Source of the DNA: Octopus vulgaris
Lineage: Eukaryota
Length of the DNA stretch: 64,000 nt
Assembly (NCBI GenBank): GCA_951406725.2
Contig: OX597823.1
Coordinates: 99,696,001-99,760,000, forward strand
Direction: 5' to 3'
In this document: positions 12,533 through 25,944 of the stretch, one piece after another
How positions within the stretch are numbered: the stretch's first letter is position 1
Layout: every line of letters begins with the position of its first letter
The notes under the pieces: generated by a model
Told to the model about the DNA's origin: nothing
What the model saw: the letters and a program-made list of their open reading frames with translations, nothing else
The model's database searches: none
Made by a program: the position numbers and the translations under genes

Positions 12533-12758
12533 TTATGGTAAATTTTTTTTAAAATCGTAGACTCATCATAGACGCGCGCTAATACCCAGAAGGGCTCGAT
12601 ATGAATCACGACTATAAGATACCTGGTTTTGGTTAAACTGCACCGCAAAATGTGGGAGTAGTTAGGAATCTAAATCGTAGGAGACAGACACACAACCTTA
12701 CTTTTATATATAAAGATTAGTCTGACTCTTGTAATTTTCTGTTCATCACTTGGTTATA
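12533..12758 (+). repeat. Local duplicate of 10406-10631 (5' half of the Helitron plus about 42 bp of its host flank)
   Basis: Match continues past the Helitron terminus through TAGTCTGACTCTTGTAATTTTCTGTTCATCACTTGGTTATA; only a few substitutions. Confidence 0.93.
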
Positions 12759-15114
12759 CTTGTTAACACCACTTAACATCACTTGTTAACACCAGTTTAA
12801 TGTTATTTCTGATTGTTCTGGCTGGTTGTTAAATATATTTCAAAGTGTGTCTTTGAGAGGAGATAATTCTCGAGGTTTGTCCCTCCATTGATTCCGTGGG
12901 GTTGTTTTAATTTCTAGTTTTTGTTCTAAAGTTTATTGTTGTTGTTGTTGTCATACTTGTAATGTTGATACCCTCGAATCTTTAGTTTGGTGGTTTATAG
13001 TTTTGAGGCTCATCTGCCAGAACCATTAACATGTCTGACAAATAATCGACTTTCTCTTTCCATCCTTTTGGAGTCAGTCAGATTAAGTATCAGTTAAAAA
13101 ATGGAGTCAAAATTGCTGGACTTGTGCCAAAATTAGAATTGTTTAGTTTCTTTCTTCTGGATTCAATAATCAGAGTACCAGTAATATTTTTGGAGGCTTT
13201 TCATTCAGCCTTCTCTACTTTCTTGAATATTCTTCTGCCTTACACTGAAATACATTATCATCATCTTCATCATCATTAATTTTATCTCATTTACATTATT
13301 AATGGTGTTGTGAAAATACAAACCCTGCACATTTCCATTTTCTACTTCTAATACGATTCGGCTTCGTATTTTCATAAGAGACTTATCATCTAAGATTCAT
13401 AATCCATCAATTTGATTTGTTAGTATGGGGTCTTCCTCCTCACCGGTGTGTTAGGGTTTGTTTTTTTCTTCTTCTTCTTCTTTCAGTGTATCTGATAACT
13501 ATTCTCTCCCTATTACCGGCTCCTTACATTATTGAAATAGTTTCATAACTAGATAGGGGAGGTAACCCTTTTATCCCCTGCCTCTGAGAGAGCCAGTACA
13601 GACATTTACAGCAAACAGAGTCACCCAAGTTGGTAGTAACTCTTAAATAAGGGTGTCCATCCACTGTAAAACTATCCCCAAAATAGAAATGTGAATTCCA
13701 TATAATGCAATACAAACAATCCCTTGAGAAAGGCAGTAGCTCTGAATAAGATCTCTGAATGATATAGAGGGGACTTTAGACCTGCCACAAGATAGCTTCT
13801 CTAGAGCTGGTGGATGAGTAAAATGCATCCATTATCCATTCTATACTGTAAAGTGGGAGATAATAGGAAGAACAGTCAACAGTAAAAAATTTTGGTAAAA
13901 ATATGGAATGTTTAATTGAAATAAGAACTCTATAATTCACATTGCAAACTTCTTGTCGAAGAGGACAGTAGTTTAAAAGAAAAACTGAAACAGAGTAAAA
14001 GATGGGGTTGTTTGTTACTATAAAATGTACCAAGTCCAAACAAACAATCATTTAGAGGTGTAAAATATTGTCACATTTTCTGTTTGAACCTAAGAAGAAA
14101 TTTCTCATTAAGCAGTGTAGCCTATCACTTAATTACTTGGTAATTTGCAAAATTTCAGATACAAAGGTGCAGGTTTATGGCCCACAACTTTGAAAAGAAC
14201 AAATGTGTGCAAAAATGCACACACGCATGCACACATACACACACTTTCTTAAAATTAAATAGAATACTAGACTATGTTGTTTCTTTCTTTGCAATAATTT
14301 TTATTTTCAATAAAGTTAAAATTAGATTTTCAATTAAATTTTTTTAAATCCTACAAATAATTCTTTTTTTTAAAAAAATAATTAATAATAAAATGCAAGA
14401 ATTTGGTGTGAAATGAAAAGTAAAAGTTAGTGGATAATTATTATGCTGGTTAGAAATACTCTGTGATGGTTTTGGGAATATATAGTCATTCTAAGAGCAA
14501 GTTTTGGAAATAGAGAATAAATTGCAGCATCTTTTTAACTTGACAGTCTTAGAGGTTTGTTTGTCTTTGTGATCAATGCTATGTCAGCATTCTTCGTATT
14601 ACAGAATGAGAATAGTCTGCATTCTATATTGCTTTGCATGAATCAATAACTGCAAGTCAAAACAATATTGACTCATAATGAGAACATATTTAGAAAGTTA
14701 TTTGTACAAAAAAAAATGGCTCTGCTAAATCTAGTGAGCCAGACATATTTATTTTGAAGGCATGTCTTGGTGTTTTAATAATAATTTAAGATTACTGAGC
14801 ACCAACAGCAAACTGTTGTAATACCCTTCTAGAAAAGTGGAGATACTAACAGACCATTTTATTGAGAAATCGGCATGAAGCAGTAGGCTCTTTAGAGTTT
14901 GCTACATCAGTAAATCTAATAAAAACCATTTGAGTATTAATCAAAAATTAAAATATGGAAATTGTTCTGTGTTATATATCTAAATTTTTAAAATTAATAT
15001 TTCTATCCATGATAAATTTTTCTGGTCTGTTAACCTCCATCTATTTTGTTGTTTTATAATAAAAGTAAAAAATGCTTCTATCCATTTAATCTTCATTTGT
15101 TATTAACGGCTCTA

Positions 15115-15330
15115 AAGCAGCAAGCTGGTAGAATAATTGTTAGCGTTGGAAACATTGCCTTGTAGCATTTATTCCATCCACTATGCATCCTGAGTCCAAA
15201 TCCCTTCTGAGATCAAATCTGACTTTAAAATAAAGAACCAGTCAAGTACTGGGGTCAATGTCATCAACTTACCCCCTCCCCTCAAAATTGGTGGTGGTGG
15301 CCTTGTGCCAAAATCAGAAAGCATTATTAG
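15115..15330 (+). mobile_element. SINE family B, decayed
   Basis: AGCTGGTAGAA..GTTAGC head; CTGGGGTCAATG..CCCCTCCC..GGCCTTGTGCCAAAA tail. Confidence 0.65.
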
Positions 15331-16759
15331 CCACTATGTATGTAGAGTCATCTGCTCAAGCTGGGATGGCATTCATGGTCCAACTTCCCACTGGTGGTTG
15401 TAAATGAATTTGACATGCTGGGAGAATTTACAAATTTTGCATTTTGCTATGTTTGAACAGATTTAAAATAAACCATTGTGAAAGGATTATCAAGTCCAGT
15501 TGTGGATTCTGAATGAAGATTTATGAACCTTCCCTCTGAAAAATTCTTTTCAATAAACCCCCATAGGGGCAGGTTTTATATTATTTCGGATCCACATGAA
15601 GCTGATATTGTAGCAAGTTCTTGGCATCAATATGCATGGACGTGTAGTATGCCTTATACAATTCTTTTTATTCTTCTTTTTTTTTTCATGACGGTGAAAC
15701 CAGATGTTGTTTAACAATAAAAATATCTCCTGCCTGTTGTTTGTTGAGATAACATTGTTGTTCATTAAAAAAAAGAAAGAAACAGTGTAAAAGGGAGCCA
15801 CAATTGCAACTGCAGAGTTCAAATGCAAGTAATATCATGGCACCATATAAGATTAAACACTGATATAAAAAGCTGATGTAAATAGAAACAAACTAGTGTG
15901 ATAAACAAAAGAAGAAATACGCTAATTAATTGATTGATTTTCAGTTTATCAGCTAGTGTTGTACTGTAATTATCAAAGAAGTCTAATTAATAGTAATCAA
16001 GTGAGATTGTGTTATTGATTATTGCAATGAAATGCACATTTATATATATGTGTGTGTGCATGCATATACAAGCATGTATGCATGTGCACACACATACACA
16101 CATCTTAAAATCTATATTTTTGTGGTTGTGTATTTTATGATGATTTGATGTTTGTTTATTATATAATATTGGCAAAAAGAGAGAGGTAAGAGATGGGACA
16201 TGATGAAGATTCTGATATACAGAAGCCAAAATTAACATGGAAATAGCTGGAAAGCTGTATAATCACAGGCCCTTTGCAACATATTGTTCTTTGTAATTTT
16301 TTACATACTTAATTTTTATTCTTTTCCTGGTGATATTGCATTATTTTTTTATGCATAATTCTAATATATACTCCCAGATGGTTTTTTTTCCAAATAGACA
16401 CTGCCCTTTCATAACTACATTTAAAATAATTCAATAAAATGAAAGTTTAATCAGTGGTGGTCACAATATGATTTGATTCTCATTTCATTCCTACCTTAAC
16501 GATACACAGCATCAATTGCAATGCTTAGAGTTCATCATTGAATTTAAAAGGAATGTTGAAATGGTATTGTACTAATTGGGCTATTTAATTTGCAAGTAGT
16601 TCATATCAGCTGAAATAACCTTGTTCTAATCTTGTTGAGGATAACCTAGTTTTATTTCTGCTCCACTGAATTAATTATAGAAAGGTTATAGCTGAGAAAA
16701 TTTTTAGTCAAAAGGTAAAAGTATAGCGCTGGATCTCATATACACTCACATAAAAGAAA

Positions 16760-17600
16760 CAGTTGTTGTGCACCTGAACACTGTGTACAAGAAAGAAAAA
16801 AAAAAGCCATCAGGTGTACTGTTGGCAGATTTCAGGAAGCATGGAAGTTTAGAAGCATGTAGTGTCTTGACAGCTAATGACATATACAGATGGCTTATTC
16901 TGTGCTTCAACAAGTCTGAGTGTGAAAAAATGTTTTTTTTTGATTTTGTGAGCATGTCCACAAGTGTTTGACATATGGAATTCAAAAAGGTGTCCAAGGT
17001 TGTTGTTGGAAAGATGGTGGATAACCTTGTGGGTGTCTACCAAGTCAATTGCCAGACGTCTGAATGTCTTACTTCCCTGGGTATGGACACATTAAAGCTC
17101 AGGGAAGATGTCCGATGGTGGGTATTTGTTTTGTTGCACATACCTGAACAGTTTCCCAGAATTTTATTTGCTGAGCAAGATAGGGGTTCCTGAGTGTTGA
17201 TGCAAATTCTAAGTGTAGATGTACCATTGTCATAAACAGTTTTAAATAAATAGCTGGAGAGCGGCTGACAAAGGTTTTACTGAGTGACACCAGGACACCC
17301 ATCAGCCTTCTTGACAATCTTAGAGATGTGGTTTGTCCAACGCAGATCGCTGTTTACAGATCACGCTTGCTAGAAAACTTCTTGAGATTGGTGCTGCTGA
17401 GGGAGTATGAAAAGGCTGGGTTTTCCCTCCCAAAGTGCATGCTGATGCATTTGTCCACAGCTAGTTTGAGTTGCCAGTCAGAGATCCATTGCTGCATTGT
17501 GTGCAGGTCTGATTGCAGGAAATATCTATTGCACATAGGATCTGCTCTTTTTATTTCAAAGTACAGCTTGATGTAATCTGCACATTTCAACACTGTACCA
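16760..17600 (-). mobile_element. 5'-truncated CR1-group LINE: decayed RT C-terminal region and 3' end
   Basis: Frameshifted translations ADYIKLY..LQSDL..MQQWISDWQLKLAVDKCISMHFG..YSL..RDL and LSKTFVSRSPAIYLKLF..HLEFAST..NPY..ETVQ..AT..FFTLR are typical of CR1/L2-group ORF2. Confidence 0.88.
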
Positions 17601-18253
17601 TTCCTCTAGTTGGCATCTATGCCATCAGTAATTGAAATAACTTGACCGACAGACACAGAACAAACCTATCAAAATACTTAGTGTAGAACCTTTTATATCA
17701 ATGTATCATCAGTGCTTTATCAGACTGAATAAAAACAGGAAAACCAGATTGACCAAAGTGGATTTTAATCTTTGAACAAGTAAACTAGCAAGCATTTTTG
17801 TCACTTGATTCAGCTGAGATGTTTTACAAGTGTAGACATGCCTTAAACAGCTTTTGTTTCATGAACTTTTTTGCCATGACCTCTTCCCTTGGTATTGGGT
17901 TTACTGTCCTAATGACAAGCAATTTGATTAGTAATGATGTACTTTAACAAGTTGGTGTGGTTAAATAAAGGCTATCATGTGTAGTTTGTGTTGTCCAAGC
18001 TACTCTTTTTGTATATTAAAACCTTTTTTTGCCTCTTCACTGTTTAACCCCTTTTATACTTCTAGAATACAAAGCCTTCCAGATTAGTTAAGCTTTGTAT
18101 TCTAGAATGAAAGGAAAAACACACGACAGCATTATGGTCATTAAATATTTCACTACTATTAGAGGCTCTTGTCTTTCTTTACAAAATTTTAAAATGGGCA
18201 AAGAGTAAATGCTGAAGTTTCTTTATTCTACAGTAAAGGATGTCTTAATCTAA

Positions 18254-18324
<71 letters not shown>

Positions 18325-18959
18325 GCATAAGAGTAACTTGTTCCATAATTACAATGTGAATGTGTTTCCCATATTGATTCTTGGAATTAGATTCCAACTG
18401 GAAATTACCAGAAAGGGACAGCAAATCAGCAAACAGTAAGATATCATCTACAAGCATTTGGGGGATGGTCTACAGAGTAGTTGGTTTGTTCATTCATTTA
18501 AAATTCGTCTTTTAGATGGGGACATATTTGTGAGAAGATTTTATGGTTGAATATTCTGTGTTGCTCTCCCCCACCCCCATGAATTTCCTAAGTATGCAGC
18601 AGCCATGCTCACACCTCTGTGCTCAGCCATGCTTGCACCCTCACATGGTCATGCTTGGACCTAATACCATCAAAGAAAGACAAGAATATTACATTACATT
18701 ATTTTTACAAATTATTATTATTATTAAGACATGAGGCCATTGCTAGGATAAAATTTCTTTTTCTTTTTTTATCTTTTAGTCAGGAGGGAAGGAAGTGCCC
18801 ATGATTGCTTGCAGAATTTCTGAGGCTAGTGGTAGGAATGGCAGAGACTTGCTTAAGCTGGAAACCTTGACTCAAATATTTGCAACAGACTGGATTGTTC
18901 TACTGGTACTCATGGCACCAGGTGATGGTATTAAAGTGAGCAATGGGTTAAGTCTACCA

Positions 18960-19210
18960 CCCAAATAGTTCATGGCTAGATTTGAACTTAAAATGCAAAA
19001 GAGTTGGAACAAATACTGCAAGCCATCTGGTCTGCTATTCTACAGTTACACCAATCTACCACCATAGATTGGCATTTTTTTTTTATTGATTCCCCAAAAG
19101 GTGGAATAATCAAGTTAACTTCAGTGAGGTTTGAACTCAGGGTACAGTGTGTCAGAACAAACACTGCTGAGTATTCTGTGCAATGCTGTAACAGCTCAGT
19201 TTATTCACTG
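18960..19210 (-). mobile_element. Two decayed SINE family B heads in tandem
   Basis: Repeated ATTTGAACT(C/T)A..GAACAAA(T/C)ACTGC motifs. Confidence 0.5.
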
Positions 19211-20304
19211 CTTTCTATGGAGAGAGAAAATTTTTTGATTCTCATTGTGAAGTTATTATGATTTCGTATTACTTGTGTTCTTTGCTATTTACTTTGAAAA
19301 TTATGGACTCGTTATTGTTACCTATTGTTTCTTTAAACACTAATTTCAACTGTTTTTAATCGTGGTCTAACCATTGAAAGATACTTGCTATTGATTTATC
19401 TGGAAACACTAATTCCAATCATATTTCAATAATTTACACATTTCCAATTTACTTCCATGTTCTTTAAACATCATAATTTCCAATTTTCTACTGACATACT
19501 ACTTTTGAATTTCATTTGGTATTTCATGGCATTTCTTAGAATAAAATATTAATGTTGTCGGAGGAAAATATACAATTTCATTTTATTTATGAAACAGTTT
19601 ATTTTACAACTGAAAATTATTTTAGATTTGCCGTCCATGATGTTTGTAGTTTTCTGTAAATAGTCTTGTCTATCAATTGTAACAAAAATGCTTTACTTTG
19701 GGTATTACATTCACTAATTCACAGAAGTTTCTGCTTATTTCGGTCGTTTTTTTAAATAACTCATTTTTTTTCTGAATTTCTTAAATTAGAATACATTTTT
19801 CCTACTTTCTTTATAGATCCACTCAACTGAATTATTTAAAAATAGCTATTGACTTTCCTATTATGTTCAATTTTCTCTTCTTCTCTCTTTTGTCAATGAT
19901 AAAGGAAAAACATGTAAAGACATTTTTTCCTTTTTACTTTCTTTGTGCACACAGTATTAGCATTTATATTTGGATTGGTAAATAGTTTGTTGGCTTTTTT
20001 TTTCTTTCTTTCTGTTGGTGTATGTTTTTGTTTTTCATTACATACAACCATTATTACCGAACGTGTTTTTTTTAAAAAGGAAAGAAAACCTTGAAAAGTT
20101 ATTAGTTTTCTGGTCTAGAAACTGTTGGTATTAGGGACAGAGCAAGCAGTAAATTTGGCACAGAGGGTAGACAGATGAGATATTTTACCAATAATTTATT
20201 CCAGTTCCTTGTGTTTCTTGCATTCTGATACTGTTAAGGTTAGCTAAGTCATACTTTACTTGTTAATGTAGGAAAATGGATTTAATATAAAATGTCAAAA
20301 GATT

Positions 20305-20560
20305 ACTGCGTCATCATCACCATCACTACTTTAATGTTCACTTCTCATGCTTGCATGAGTCAGATGGAATATGTTGAGGCTTATTTTCGTTTGGGTGGGA
20401 TGCCTTTCATATCCGCCCCCACCTGCTCAAACTTCTTTTCAAGCAAGGTGATAATTTCCTTATGATTGGATATGTTTTCATGGAAGATTGAAAATAAGAG
20501 ACACCGTTTGTATGCAGGTGACACTTGTTTTCAACTTCAAGTCAAGGACACACACACATC
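20305..20560 (-). mobile_element. 3' half of SINE family A, decayed
   Basis: (CAT)n TTTAATGTTCACTTCTCATGCTTGCATG..GATGCCTTTC..CAAGCAAGGTGATAATTTCC. Confidence 0.65.
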
Positions 20561-21289
20561 TTCATATATTACATATAAAGAAGTTGCTAAGACAATTTTT
20601 CAAGCTGTTAATTACATTGTGTACTTGTACGCTTCATAGCAATTGCTTTTACTCAGAGTTTTAACATGCTTAACCACTGTCCTGGAGTTATTCAAGAAAT
20701 TTGGAGATATTTAACTCTATTCCTGTGTTTAAATAACAAAAGTCTTTGGAAATGTCTTAAAAGTGTCAGATTACTTAACAATTTTAGCTTTCGTCATTCA
20801 TATTCTTTATTCTGTGGCAAACAAGATGACTTGTTGATTCTGGTGATAAAGAATTAGTTCCATTTCAATATTTTACTGTTTAGTTTTCAGTTAAAAGATT
20901 ATGATTTCTGGCTGAACCATTTCCATTTTATATGGGTCACATTGTTTAAGGCAAAATAGCAATACCCAGACTGAAGAGGTCACCAGAATTAATGTCTTGA
21001 GGACATGACAATGTCTTTGTTTTTAGTGCCACAATAAAATACATCCAATACTCTCTGTAAAAGAGGCTGGTGATCAAAAGGGCATCCAACCATAGAAACC
21101 AAATCACAAATGAAACATACAAGCAAAATATGCTCCATCGACCCGTCTATGAAGGCAGTGGCATCCAATAAGGACTAACTGGGACTGACCAACTTCTGGC
21201 CACATGGAAGGTGGATGTAAAAGGATATGTCAGTACCCTTATCAATGTTCATTATATCTAAAGATCATCGTTATTATTTGAACTTGGAA

Positions 21290-21495
21290 TAAGGCAGTGA
21301 GCTGGCAGAATCCTTAGCACACCAGGGGAAATGCTTAGTGGTATTTTGTCTGCTGCTACATTCTGAGTTCAAATTCCACCAAGGTCAACTTTGCTTTTCA
21401 TCCTTTTGGGGTCGATAAATTAAGTACCAGTTGTGTACTGTAATCAACTAGACCCCTCCCCCAAAATTTCAGGCCTTGTACCTTTAGTAGAAAGA
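21290..21495 (+). mobile_element. SINE family B, full length, 17-bp TSD; decayed copies follow to about 21840
   Basis: TSD ATTATTTGAACTTGGAA at 21273-21289 and 21496-21512; GAGTTCAAATTCC B-box. Confidence 0.92.
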
Positions 21496-21894
21496 ATTAT
21501 TTGAACTTGGAACTTAGAACCTTATTGATGAGGGATTGGCAGATTTGGACAAAATAGCTGGCAATGCTTCTTCTGGCAGAATCGTTACCACTCTGGGCAA
21601 AATGCTTAGCAGCATTTCCTCTGACTTTATGTTCTGAATTGGCCCCTCCCCTCCCATAATTGCTGGCCTTGTTCCAAAATTTGAAACCAGTATTTCTTCT
21701 TGTTCTTTATATTCCAAAGTCAACTTCACCCTTTGTCTTTCTAGGATTATCAAAATAAAGTACAAGTCATGTACCGGGGACCAATGTTATCAATGAATCA
21801 CTTCCCTGAAATTTAGGCCTTGTGCCTATGCTAGAATCAATTGTTTGGGCAAAATCCAGTGTCTCCTGCTTGTTGAGAATGTTGAAGGGAGAAT

Positions 21895-22162
21895 CATCAT
21901 TGTCATCGTTTAACGTCCGTTTTCCATGCTGGCATGGGTTGGACGGTTCGACTGGGGGTCTGGGAAGTCAGGAGGCTGCACCAGGCCCCAATCTGATCTG
22001 GCAGTGTTTCTACAGCTGGATGCCCTTCCACTCAGAGAGTGTAGTGGGTGCTTTTTACGTGCCACCAGCACAAGGAGCCAGAGGAGCTGGAATCGCCCGC
22101 GATCGGTTGGTGCTTTTTACGTGCCACCAGCACAAGAGCTAGCCAAAGCGGCACTGGCGTTG
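21895..22162 (-). mobile_element. Family D repeat (RTE-like tail, internal tandem units), young
   Basis: CATCGTTTAACGTCCGTTTTCCATGCTGGCATGGGTTGGACGG; two GGTGCTTTTTACGTGCCACCAGCACAAG units; matches 59010-59411 inverted. Confidence 0.85.
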
Positions 22163-24637
22163 CTTTAGTTGCTTCCTTTGAATTTAATTTTACGAATATT
22201 TGTTTTAAATCTATTCCCAATCACCTCAGACAGGTTGAACCAATCGTGGTGTTGAGCTAAGTGTTTTAGGATCTACGAGAACGTGTTTAAAAAGAAAAAG
22301 AAAAATGGTAGAAAATTGCTCGTTTATTTATGTACAAAGAGGTGTGTGTTTGTTCATTTGCTCTTTTATGTCAGTAAGCTTAAGGGAAAGGCTAAGTTGG
22401 CTGAGTGCTATTTTCGTTGATGAATGAATGATTTGAGAAATGTAAACAATTCTACTGTTCTCTATCTCTCTCTCATCCGACCGCCTTGCCGCACTAACCC
22501 CCCTCTTTCTGTGAGGCTTGTAATTGGAATTACGTAACTGGTAGACGACGTAGAAGAAAATGATAATGTTTAACAAAATAATCCCACTACTACCATTAAT
22601 GTTTTAAAATAGGTTACATGTGCAAATGTGTGTGTGTATGTATGTATATATATGTAATATGTATATATATATATATATATATACATGAGCTGAGTAAACA
22701 CGTATACAGTCCAAAATTCTGATTTAGGTCAAGATTGTTAATTAACTCATGATAATTTCTGTTTTTGTTTGATTAATATAATATATATGTATATATATAT
22801 ATTTGCTATCTGGTAGCTATCGAGTGTAGAGAATGTGAAGTGTTGTTTCCTGGGATTGTTTTCGTCGTTTGTTCGTCATTTCTGCTCTTATCTCGTTGTT
22901 CTTATCCTCTGCAAAGTTTCTAATCGTTCATGAATGAATTTCAATCGCATCAAAAACTTTTCTCTATTTTGCACTTAGAAGAATAACTACTTTGTAAAGT
23001 ACCGATGTACGCCTGTGGATTTGGTCTGTTACTGTGGTACGGCGCACAATATGCTCTCAGTACAAAAACACAATGATAGGACACGTTTGTATATTTATAA
23101 CTTTACCTATATATAAATTATAAATGCTTGCCGTGTTGATGGTGGGGGTGGAGAGGACAGGCTGTGGTTTAGTGATTATGCTGAATGTTGAGATGGCAGC
23201 AGTTCTCTACTGGAAGGAACCTAAATCACCTGCAAGCACACCGTGTTTGCAACATACCATTATAGCTGTGTACATATGCTACCACTGTGTTCAGGTTGGC
23301 GGCGGCGGTAGAGTTAGGGGGGGGGAGGTAGTGACAAATGGTGGGGGGGAGCTGATATCTAGGTTAGGTCACTCGTCTATTTATAGCATTACACACAAGT
23401 CTCTTTCTCCTTCTACCACTTTTCTATCTTTTCCTTTTTCCTTCTCTTCTCTTTCCCTCTGTCTATTTGCTTGTTTATGTGTCCCACTCCTTTTCTATCT
23501 CCCCTCCCACTCCTTTTCTACATCCCCTCCCACTCCTTTTCTGACTTATTTTCTCTTATTCTTTTCTTCTGTTTTTTCCCCCTCTCCCCCAATCTCCCCC
23601 CCCCCCTTTCGCTCGCACCCACTCATTCCCTCTTTATATTCTGATACGTAAGTTATCTTGCTTTCAAAAAGTTTTCGTTATCCACTCGGTGGATGATCCA
23701 ATGTGTTTCTTAATTTTAGTGACATGGTAAGTTGTGACATTCATGCTTTGCTTTTCCCAAGGACATTGTGGACATTCGATGTGGATCCAAGCAAGACTGG
23801 AGGTGGAAAAATAGCCGCTGCGCATCTTTAATTTAAAACTAAGACCACTCTATTATTATATGTATAAACAAACATGGTGTAGGCATTAAATCAAACCTCA
23901 GAATTAGAGGAGGGCAGGTCTGAAAGTGGAAGATGTGATCGGATCTTGTGCAAGGACATTAATGTTTTAAGTACATCTTAAAGTACATCCCCTACTGTCT
24001 TTCTATAACACAATGGAGCATCGCCGCAGTTTTTGAGGTTCTCGTCCTTTCCTCTTTATAAACGATTATGACAATCAGTGAATATTAAACAGAAAAAGTC
24101 CGACTATTTTACTCTCTTGGTCAGTTGTATTAACAAATAAACATTTTTAATTCAGGGATGAACGGGTGTATGTTGTGGAATTTGCGCCAACTTTGTGAAA
24201 GATGTTTGAGACTTTACTGCATAAATATTTTCTTTATTATTGAGTAAAGATCATTAAGGATTTCTGTGCTTCTACTTGTATAATTAGCAATGCAATTAAT
24301 GTCATTTCGCTTAAAATATCAACATCTAAGCAATAACAAACTATGATTTTTATTTATTTATTAGTCTCAACAATCCAGTTTCGTTTAACCCAATATATGT
24401 CTATCAATATTGCCGAATGCCCCTAAACACCTCATTTTGTTTCCGCTCAAACATCCAGTCGTTCGTGTCTAAACTCTTTTAAATTCTGCATACATGTCTG
24501 CCCCAAAGCCTTCTTTCTTCTGCTGGCAATCACTTCAATACTTCAACTTTTCTTTCGCATTCAATTTAGTATAGTTTTATTGTGAACTTGAGTTTATCGA
24601 ACCTGAAAGTCAGAGAGAATCCCAGTGAGTTTTGAAC

Positions 24638-24694
<57 letters not shown>

Positions 24695-25191
24695 GGCAGC
24701 GGACTCGCGGTCATAGGATCGCGGTTTCGATTCCCAGACTGGGCATTGTGAGTGTTTATTGAGCGAAAACACCTAAAGCTCCACGAGGCTCCGGCAGGGG
24801 GTGGTGGCGATCCCTGCTGTACTCCTTCGCCACAACTTTCTCTCACTCTTTCTTCTGTCGGCTTGCTCGCTAAAACAATGCGAAGTGTATTGTGACCAGC
24901 GATGTGTAACAACATCTGATAGCCTGGTCGGTCACGGTGATATATATATATATGTGTGTATTTGTGTATGTGTATTTATGTACTAAACAAAAAACAAGAA
25001 TACAAGGAAACTGCTGACTGCGTCGCAAAAACTAAAACAAAGAATTCGCTTTATGCCTCGCAGCATATATATATATATATATATATATATATCTGGCGAC
25101 GTTGATGTTCGCCTGGGGCTAAATGCAACAGTAACACCCCCACCACCCTGCCCTGTCCCTAGCCATATTCAGATGGCTTTAGTCCCTTATG

Positions 25192-25249
<58 letters not shown>

Positions 25250-25750
25250 TCGCACATGGCATCGAATTAGCAGCTGTTTTCTCATGTTCGCTCACATAAA
25301 CGCTCACATAAATCAGTGATGTGTATGTGAACATACATTTCAACTTAAAGGTCTGTTGGGATTACTTTTCGGAGCGAAAAAATTGCCTGCTATTGATCCC
25401 TCGCTCCCTAATAATTTAATGTATTTAACCTTTTATTGTGTGTGATAAAGACAGTTACTTGAATGACGGTATTGTTTGATGTTAGACGTAAACAGAAATT
25501 AGCAATAAATGTGTGTACATTTATGTGATATTGTCAAGCTTATGTTTTTTTTTTTATGAGCTACATATCTACATTCTGTTTATTAAAGACTATATAAAAT
25601 AGGTTGAGGCATGGCTGCGTGGTTGACATTCGTTTCGTAAACCCGTTTTCGAAATGCGTCCGTTGAATAGCTCCTTGGACGAATGTCTTCTTCTCCTACA
25701 ACCCCAGGCCGACCCAATGTGTTGTGAGTGAATTTGGTAGACGGAAGCAA
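22160..25750. promoter_or_regulatory. CpG-retaining (putatively unmethylated) island; candidate internal or alternative promoter
   Basis: CG is visibly more frequent than in the flanks, including inside diverged SINEs. CCAAT motifs near 22217 and 22241, G-rich tract 23296-23350, TATA/MEF2-like CTATTTATAG 23377-23386, GTAAGT donors at 23648 and 23727. Judged by eye. Confidence 0.55.
24690..24940 (+). mobile_element. tRNA-derived SINE family C
   Basis: GTTAGGGCAGCGGACTCGCGGTCATAGGATCGCGGTTTCGATTCCC tRNA-like head; matches 1-200. Confidence 0.88.
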
Positions 25751-25935
25751 TAGAAGCCCGCCTTACGGTTTTCTTTTTGTCCTCCCATCACTTGAGAACC
25801 GGTTCAGCAAAAAGAGACCAATATAACAATTACCAGGTTTAAAAATAAGTGCTGTGGTTGATTTGCTCAACTAAACCTTTGATGAAAGTACCCCCAGAAT
25901 GGTTGCAGTGGAATGAATAGAAACAGGAAACAGAT
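25606..25935 (+). mobile_element. SINE family A, diverged but CpG-retaining
   Basis: GGCATGGCTGCGTGGTT..TGTCTTCT..GGCCGACC..TTTGGTAGACGGAAGC. Confidence 0.7.
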
Positions 25936-25944
25936 TACAATTAC

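Noticed and set aside
23124-23651. 175-aa ORF
   Set aside because: Open only because of G-rich and pyrimidine low-complexity tracts; better explained as promoter or 5' UTR
24690-24745. tRNA gene
   Set aside because: tRNA-like sequence continues into a dispersed SINE body and has no complete cloverleaf; the same applies to the other A/B-box heads
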